Source: an uncultured Pseudomonadota bacterium (lineage in GTDB: Bacteria > Pseudomonadota > Alphaproteobacteria > RF32 > CAG-239). Taken from it: a DNA stretch of 33,605 nucleotides. The position numbers and the translations under genes were made by a program. The stretch is from the NCBI GenBank assembly GCA_949283275.1, contig CASDRW010000085.1, forward strand, positions 1 to 33,605. The letters are read 5' to 3'. Shown in pieces: positions 28,525-33,605 of the stretch. Every line of letters starts with the position of its first letter. Positions within the stretch are counted from its first letter, which is position 1. The notes below the pieces were generated by a model. The model did not search any database, had not been told where the DNA came from, and saw only the letters and a program-made list of their open reading frames with translations.

Positions 28525-30264
28525 CTATGGTTCGTTATAACGATTTTGACGATATTCTTGATAAATAAATGCCTTTAGGAGGCCGCCGGGGTCTTCCGGT
28601 ATCTCACGATATTGTCTGGCTTTGGCCTGCATTTTTTCATCATATTGCTCTTGCTCGTCGCCTTCTTTGCTCATGGCGCCTTGAGAATTGGAATTTTGAT
28701 TGTCTGAATTGTTTTCATCCAGCATATCTTGCGATGCTGACTGCCGCTCTTGATTGGCATTTTCATCTTCTCTATCAGAGTTTTTGTCTTGCTCGCCGCT
28801 ATCTTGCGGTGAGGCTTGGTCTTGATTGGTTTGACTGTTAGAATCATTATCCCCTTGGGAAGGAGACTGGGTGCTTTCTTGTTCAGATTGATTATCCTGC
28901 CCTTTGTCTTCTTCATTTTGCTGTTGATTGTTGTCGTTGTTGTTTTGCTCGTCTTTATTATCTTGCTGTTGATTTTGCTGGTTTTGCTTATCTTGTTGTT
29001 TTTTCAAATACTCAAGATTGAATTTGGCATCTTCATGATTGGGGTTTAGCTTTAATACTTCCTCATATTTAGCTATTGCCTCTTTGATTTGCCCTGATTT
29101 GGCCAAAGCATTGCCCTGGTTATACAAGCCTTCTTCTGAATTGTCGTTTTGATAGGCCTTAAAAGCCGACTTATAATCGCCCAAACGATAATACGAGGCC
29201 GCTTGCCAGTTGTTGTCCTCAAAATTGGCTGCCGCTTTGGCGTAGTCGCCCTGCCTAAATGCTTTGAGTCCGTCTTGGTCGGAGTTGGTGAAAAAGCCGG
29301 CATAGGCATTGGAACTTATACCAATCAGTAACACAAGCACCAAAATTCCTTTGCGGAAAAACAACAAGCAACAAACAAGAGGCACTGTTATCAGCCAATA
29401 GCCGCCGTCAAACCAAATAGTGCGCATATTTTTGCCGATGTTTAAATCACCCTTATTTTGGCTTAGCTCTTCTGCCAAAGCGGCAATCTTGTCATCGCCG
29501 GTTTGGATAAGCCAATAGCTGCCACCGCCTGATGATGCTACCATGGATAATTTTTCATTGGCCACTGACGAAACGCCTATAATATCAATCTTATAGCCAT
29601 CGGCTTTAGCTTTTTTGGCAGCTGCAAGCGCTTGATCAAATTTTTGCCCGACATCAGCGGCAAAAATTACCAGCTCGCCTTTGGGATAGCCGGCATTTTT
29701 GAGCTTGGATACGGCAAAATCAATCGCCCTGTCCAATCTGTCGCCGTTTGTCGGCATAATATCAACTCCAATTGCCGGAAGCAGGTTTTGTAAAATATTC
29801 ATATCCTCGGTTATGGGCGATATCAGAAAAGGCTCTGATGAATAGACAATTAAGCCGGCTTGATTTCCTTTGAGCAATGATAAAAAGTCTTTTATCTTGT
29901 ATTTGGCTCTCATCAATCGCGAAGGGGTAATATCGGTCTGGTCCATGTCTGATGAAAGGTTGAGCAAAATCATAACCGGATTTTGAGCACTTAACAGCGG
30001 AACTTCAACCTTTTGCCAACTGGGACCTGCGGCTGAAACAATCGCCATCATCATGCCGAATAACGAGGTCAAAACCAACAAGCGCCTTTTGGCCGCCGAG
30101 CCTTTGACCAACAAAAAGTCAAGCAAGCGTTTGTCAATTACTTTTTGCCACGACGACTGCGCGTTAATCCCCCTAAAATAAAAGCCATAAAGCAACAGAG
30201 GCAAAACCAGCAACAGCAAAAGCCACGGTCTTAAAAAATGAAAATTATGCCAAAATTCTGCCAT
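28525..30264 (-). CDS. VWA + TPR membrane protein (BatB/BatC-like fusion)
   Basis: FHFLRPWLLL, AGPSW, degenerate MIDAS NLSSDM, DITPSRL, TPR YNQGNALAKSG, Q/N/D-rich linker, IPEDPGGLLK. Confidence 0.9.
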   Translation of the reverse strand: MAEFWHNFHFLRPWLLLLLVLPLLLYGFYFRGINAQSSWQKVIDKRLLDFLLVKGSAAKRRLLVLTSLFGMMMAIVSAAGPSWQKVEVPLLSAQNPVMILLNLSSDMDQTDITPSRLMRAKYKIKDFLSLLKGNQAGLIVYSSEPFLISPITEDMNILQNLLPAIGVDIMPTNGDRLDRAIDFAVSKLKNAGYPKGELVIFAADVGQKFDQALAAAKKAKADGYKIDIIGVSSVANEKLSMVASSGGGSYWLIQTGDDKIAALAEELSQNKGDLNIGKNMRTIWFDGGYWLITVPLVCCLLFFRKGILVLVLLIGISSNAYAGFFTNSDQDGLKAFRQGDYAKAAANFEDNNWQAASYYRLGDYKSAFKAYQNDNSEEGLYNQGNALAKSGQIKEAIAKYEEVLKLNPNHEDAKFNLEYLKKQQDKQNQQNQQQDNKDEQNNNDNNQQQNEEDKGQDNQSEQESTQSPSQGDNDSNSQTNQDQASPQDSGEQDKNSDREDENANQERQSASQDMLDENNSDNQNSNSQGAMSKEGDEQEQYDEKMQAKARQYREIPEDPGGLLKAFIYQEYRQNRYNEP

Positions 30265-31256
30265 TATAGAGCCCTTTTCATAATAAATGCCAAGCCCAAC
30301 CCCAATAAAATTGCCGCAAGAAGCGGAAGATAGAAAATATCTTTGGTTTCGCGGATGTAGTTTTCGTCGCCTTGAGAGGGCTCTAGTTTATCTATCAGGT
30401 CATAGACTTTTTGCAAATCAGAGGTGTTTTCGGCCCTGAAATATTGCCCCTTGGTTTGACGGGAAAGCTCTTTTAAGCCTTTGTCTTCAACACCTTGAGG
30501 GGCTTAAGACAGCATTTGGAAAAAGACATTTGGAGAGCCGACACCGATGGTGTAGGTTTTGATACCTTCGTCTTTGGCCAGTTTGATTGCCTGAGCGAGA
30601 CTTAGCGAACCATCGTTATTTTCGCCGTCGGTCAATAAAATTATTACCTTGTCGCCTGTTTGGTCTTTTAGGTTTTTTAAGGCCAAGGCCAAAGCATCGC
30701 CAATGCTGGTGGAATCGCCTGCCATGCCGGCTTGCATTGACCACAAAATATCGTTGAGGCTTGCTTTGTCATAGGTGAGCGGCGCTTGCAAATAGGCGCG
30801 TGTGCCAAACAAAATAAGCCCAATTCTGTCATTGGCTCGTTTGGTTGTAAAATCGGAAACTACTTTTTTGACGGCATCAAGCCTGGTTATCCGGCGGTTG
30901 GCAAAACTAAAGTCCGGCTCCAACATCGAGGTTGAAATATCCAAAACCAACATAATATCTCGGCTGTTATTTTGCAGACGCATAGGCTCGCCAACAATTT
31001 GCGGGCGCGCAGCCGCTACGCAAAGCAAGGCCCATACCAAATACAGCCATATAAACGGCTTGGAAATAGTGTTGTTTGAAGATGAGCTTTGGGGTGCCCA
31101 AATACCACCCGAGGCAATTGATATCCTCTCCAAATCGGATAAAAAGGGTACTCTTAAAGCATCACCGTGCATACCTTTGACGGCAGGCAAAAGTTTATAG
31201 ACCAAAAAAGGCACTAAAAGCAGCAAAAACGCATATGGATAGGCAAAAATCATCAT
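30264..31256 (-). pseudogene. batA: BatA-like VWA protein interrupted by an in-frame TAA at 30504-30506
   Basis: MIDAS DISTSM, DRIGLILFG, LLTDGENN. The same frame continues for 79 aa after the TAA (APQGVEDKGLKELSRQTKGQYFRAE...IFYLPLLAAILLGLGLAFIMKRAL) to a stop overlapping the next ATG. Confidence 0.8.
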
Positions 31257-31723
31257 AAGTTTTCTCCTATCCATCGGGCACAAAAACCTTTTAGTTTTTG
31301 CAAATTAGCATGATCAAACAAAGCACTTTCTGATGGCATATAAGGGGCATTGAGCAACAAATCTGCCTCCTTGCCCTCGATTTTTAGCGATTTACTATGA
31401 GTATTTAGAAAATTTATCCAGTCTTGACCATTAAGCACGGCGGCTTGAGGGTATTTATAAACGCAGATACGCCGCAAAATCTCAGATATAGCAGCCGCAG
31501 AATTTACAACGTTTTTGTCATCAGTCGAATTAAGCAGTTTGACGGCATAAAGTTTTTGCGACTTGAGGCGCCAGAGCTTGAACAAATAATACAAGACAAC
31601 TACCCCGATAAGCAAAAGCAGAATAACCCACCAGCCATAACCTAAAGGCCAAGCTGAAACTCCTTCCGGCAAATGAATATCGCGCAATTCGGGCAAATTA
31701 TCCGGCAAAACAAATCTCCTCAT
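31253..31723 (-). CDS. DUF4381-family protein
   Basis: LRDIHLPEGVSAWPLGYGWW, ILRRI, LNGQDWINFL. Precedes the VWA genes. Confidence 0.88.
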   Translation of the reverse strand: MRRFVLPDNLPELRDIHLPEGVSAWPLGYGWWVILLLLIGVVVLYYLFKLWRLKSQKLYAVKLLNSTDDKNVVNSAAAISEILRRICVYKYPQAAVLNGQDWINFLNTHSKSLKIEGKEADLLLNAPYMPSESALFDHANLQKLKGFCARWIGENL

Positions 31724-31787
31724 TCCAACTTTTTTAAAAAGAATCCGCTTTGAGATAATTTAAGGCTTAAAAGTTAAAATATCAATA

Positions 31788-33038
31788 TCAGCCAAGAGTG
31801 ATAATACCAAATTTTTTCTTTCCCAAAGCTATCTTGGCTTGTTGGCTAGAAAAATCACTATCGCTTAAATGGTAGTTTTCATCGGTGATGCTTTTGTCAT
31901 TTAATTTTAGACCGCCTTGCTTGATGAGACGCCGCGCCTCGCCTTTGGAGGCGCAAAAACCAATATTGACAAACACATCCAAAATACCATCACCAATTTG
32001 AGCCTTGACCGAGGGCAAATCGCCGCCGGCTGAGCCTTGTTCAAAGGTTTTTATGGCGGTGTCAAAGGCTGCTTTGGCCTCTTGTTCGCCACGACAAATT
32101 TTGGTTGCCTCATAGGCCAAAATCTTTTTGGCCTCGTTAATCTCTTGATCTTTTAAGGCCTCTAGGCGCCTAATCTCGTCCATCGGCAAATCGGTATAAA
32201 TACGCAGACACTTGCCAACCTCGGTATCGCCGATGTTGCGAAAATATTGATAGTAGTTGTAAGAGGAGAGTTTTTCCTCGTTAATCCAAACGGCGTTGCC
32301 CTCGGATTTGCCCATCTTTTTGCCGGCGGCATCGGTAATAATCGGCGAGGTAAAACCAAACAGCTCAACATCGTATTTGCGACGGCCAAGCTCGGTACCG
32401 GAGGTGATGTTGCCCCATTGGTCGGAGCCTGCTATTTGGGCGCGGCAGCCGTATTTTTGCATCAAAACACAAAAATCATAGCCTTGCAGCAACATATAGT
32501 TAAACTCCAAAAAGCTCATCGGTTGTTCGCGCTCTAGTCTGGTTTTGACAGAATCCATGGTGAGCATGCGGTTGACCGAATAGCAAGTGCCAATATCGCG
32601 CAAAAACGAAAGATAGTTGATGTCTTTGAACCAATCCCAGTTGTCAACCATAAGGGCATCGTTGCCACTGTTACCAAACCGCAAAAATTTGGAAAAAGAT
32701 TTTTTTAGGCCCTCGATATTATGCGCCAAAGTTGCCTCATCCAAAAAAGGACGCAGTTTGTCTTTGCCCGAAGGATCGCCGATGCGTGCCGTAGCACCAC
32801 CCACAAGGGCAAGCGGCTTGTGGCCGCATTTTTGAAACCAACGCAACATCATCAACGGAACAATATGCCCGACATGCAAGCTGTCGCCTGTGGGGTCGGA
32901 ACCAAGATAGCCTACCGCCGGTTTGCCTGATTTTTCGCACTCGTACAAATAGGCATCAAAACCCTCGATATTGGTGCATTGATTGTAAAATCCGCGCTCA
33001 AGCATAATATTTAAGAATTCTGATTTAAATTCCGACAT
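31788..33038 (-). CDS. tyrS: Tyrosine-tRNA ligase
   Basis: DPTGDSLHVGH, IGDPSGK, EFNYMLLQGYDF, GSDQWGN, KMGKS and a C-terminal S4 domain. Confidence 0.98.
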   Translation of the reverse strand: MSEFKSEFLNIMLERGFYNQCTNIEGFDAYLYECEKSGKPAVGYLGSDPTGDSLHVGHIVPLMMLRWFQKCGHKPLALVGGATARIGDPSGKDKLRPFLDEATLAHNIEGLKKSFSKFLRFGNSGNDALMVDNWDWFKDINYLSFLRDIGTCYSVNRMLTMDSVKTRLEREQPMSFLEFNYMLLQGYDFCVLMQKYGCRAQIAGSDQWGNITSGTELGRRKYDVELFGFTSPIITDAAGKKMGKSEGNAVWINEEKLSSYNYYQYFRNIGDTEVGKCLRIYTDLPMDEIRRLEALKDQEINEAKKILAYEATKICRGEQEAKAAFDTAIKTFEQGSAGGDLPSVKAQIGDGILDVFVNIGFCASKGEARRLIKQGGLKLNDKSITDENYHLSDSDFSSQQAKIALGKKKFGIITLG

Positions 33039-33129
33039 TTTTATTGTTCCTTTTCTTATTTATAACCAAATCTTAACGCATATTAGCATATAATTTTTGC
33101 ATTGCAACAAAGGAGTTTGATTTTTTATC

Positions 33130-33605
33130 ATGAATTCAATTGGGGCCTACAAGGTTTTGGGACTGGCAAGCGGTTCGTCTTTGGATGGGGTTAACGCCTC
33201 GATAATCACCACCGACGGAATAGATATATTTTCTTTTGGGAGAACATTTGAAATTCCTTATGATGAAAATATACGCGAAAGCCTGCGCCATATGCAAAAA
33301 AACTTTGTGACCATGAATGATGACGAAAAATTGAGAATCGAAAACGCGCTGACCGAGTTTCATATTGCCGCCGCACGTGAGATTATGTTTGATGTGGAGG
33401 GAATTAACCTCATCGGATTTGGCGGACATGTTGTTTGCCACAAGCCCAAAGAACATATTTTGTACCAAATCGGCGACGGGCAAAAGATGGCCGATGCGCT
33501 TCAAGTAAAAGTAGTTAGCAAATTCAGAGATGCCGATATTTTGGCCGGCGGACAAGGCGCACCGTTGGCGGCAATCTATCACGGAGCTTTGGCGCAAAAA
33601 ATGGA
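33130..33605 (+). CDS. anmK: Anhydro-N-acetylmuramic acid kinase, N-terminal part (runs off window end)
   Basis: Manual translation: MNSIGAYKVLGLASGSSLDGVNAS...LIGFGGH...QIGDG...FRDADILAGGQGAPL. Divergent from tyrS. Confidence 0.9.
   Translation, partial: MNSIGAYKVLGLASGSSLDGVNASIITTDGIDIFSFGRTFEIPYDENIRESLRHMQKNFVTMNDDEKLRIENALTEFHIAAAREIMFDVEGINLIGFGGHVVCHKPKEHILYQIGDGQKMADALQVKVVSKFRDADILAGGQGAPLAAIYHGALAQKM

Noticed and set aside
28680-29010. Q/N/D-rich low-complexity tract as a novel repeat
   Set aside because: This linker is a usual feature of BatC-like TPR proteins.
30504-30506. Stop-codon reassignment (alternative genetic code)
   Set aside because: TAA ends many intact genes here (rpe, phoB, secB, eno, ileS), and only one gene is interrupted.

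Overview
A gene-dense, AT-rich chromosomal window, probably from an alphaproteobacterium. This is inferred from the secB/tim44-mltA-smr block, the divergent tyrS/anmK pair and TTAA-N7-TTAA CtrA-like boxes. Most genes are housekeeping: tatD (partial), alr, a DPS-like ferritin, rpe, phoB, tgt-LOG-spmAB-dtd, envelope genes, type 2 ileS, eno, a dCMP-type deaminase, a NarL-type regulator, vanX/ddpX, a C26 hydrolase, a Bat-type VWA operon, tyrS and anmK (partial). I saw no CRISPR array, tRNA/rRNA, transposase or integrase. The best leads missed by the ORF track are: (1) an Ile-rich leader peptide (MCAQFIISIISRIIP) upstream of ileS with its stop codon in the loop of a terminator-like hairpin; (2) a promoter-driven ~170-nt structured RNA with alternative pairings and a terminator upstream of a small XRE-HTH gene; (3) an in-frame TAA splitting batA; (4) tgt coupled to a LOG phosphoribohydrolase and a nucleoside-recognition membrane protein; (5) a 1422-aa orphan protein with membrane-insertion-like segments and tandem repeats; (6) a rod-like candidate sRNA/micro-ORF downstream of alr. 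All family calls come from recalled motifs, not database searches.
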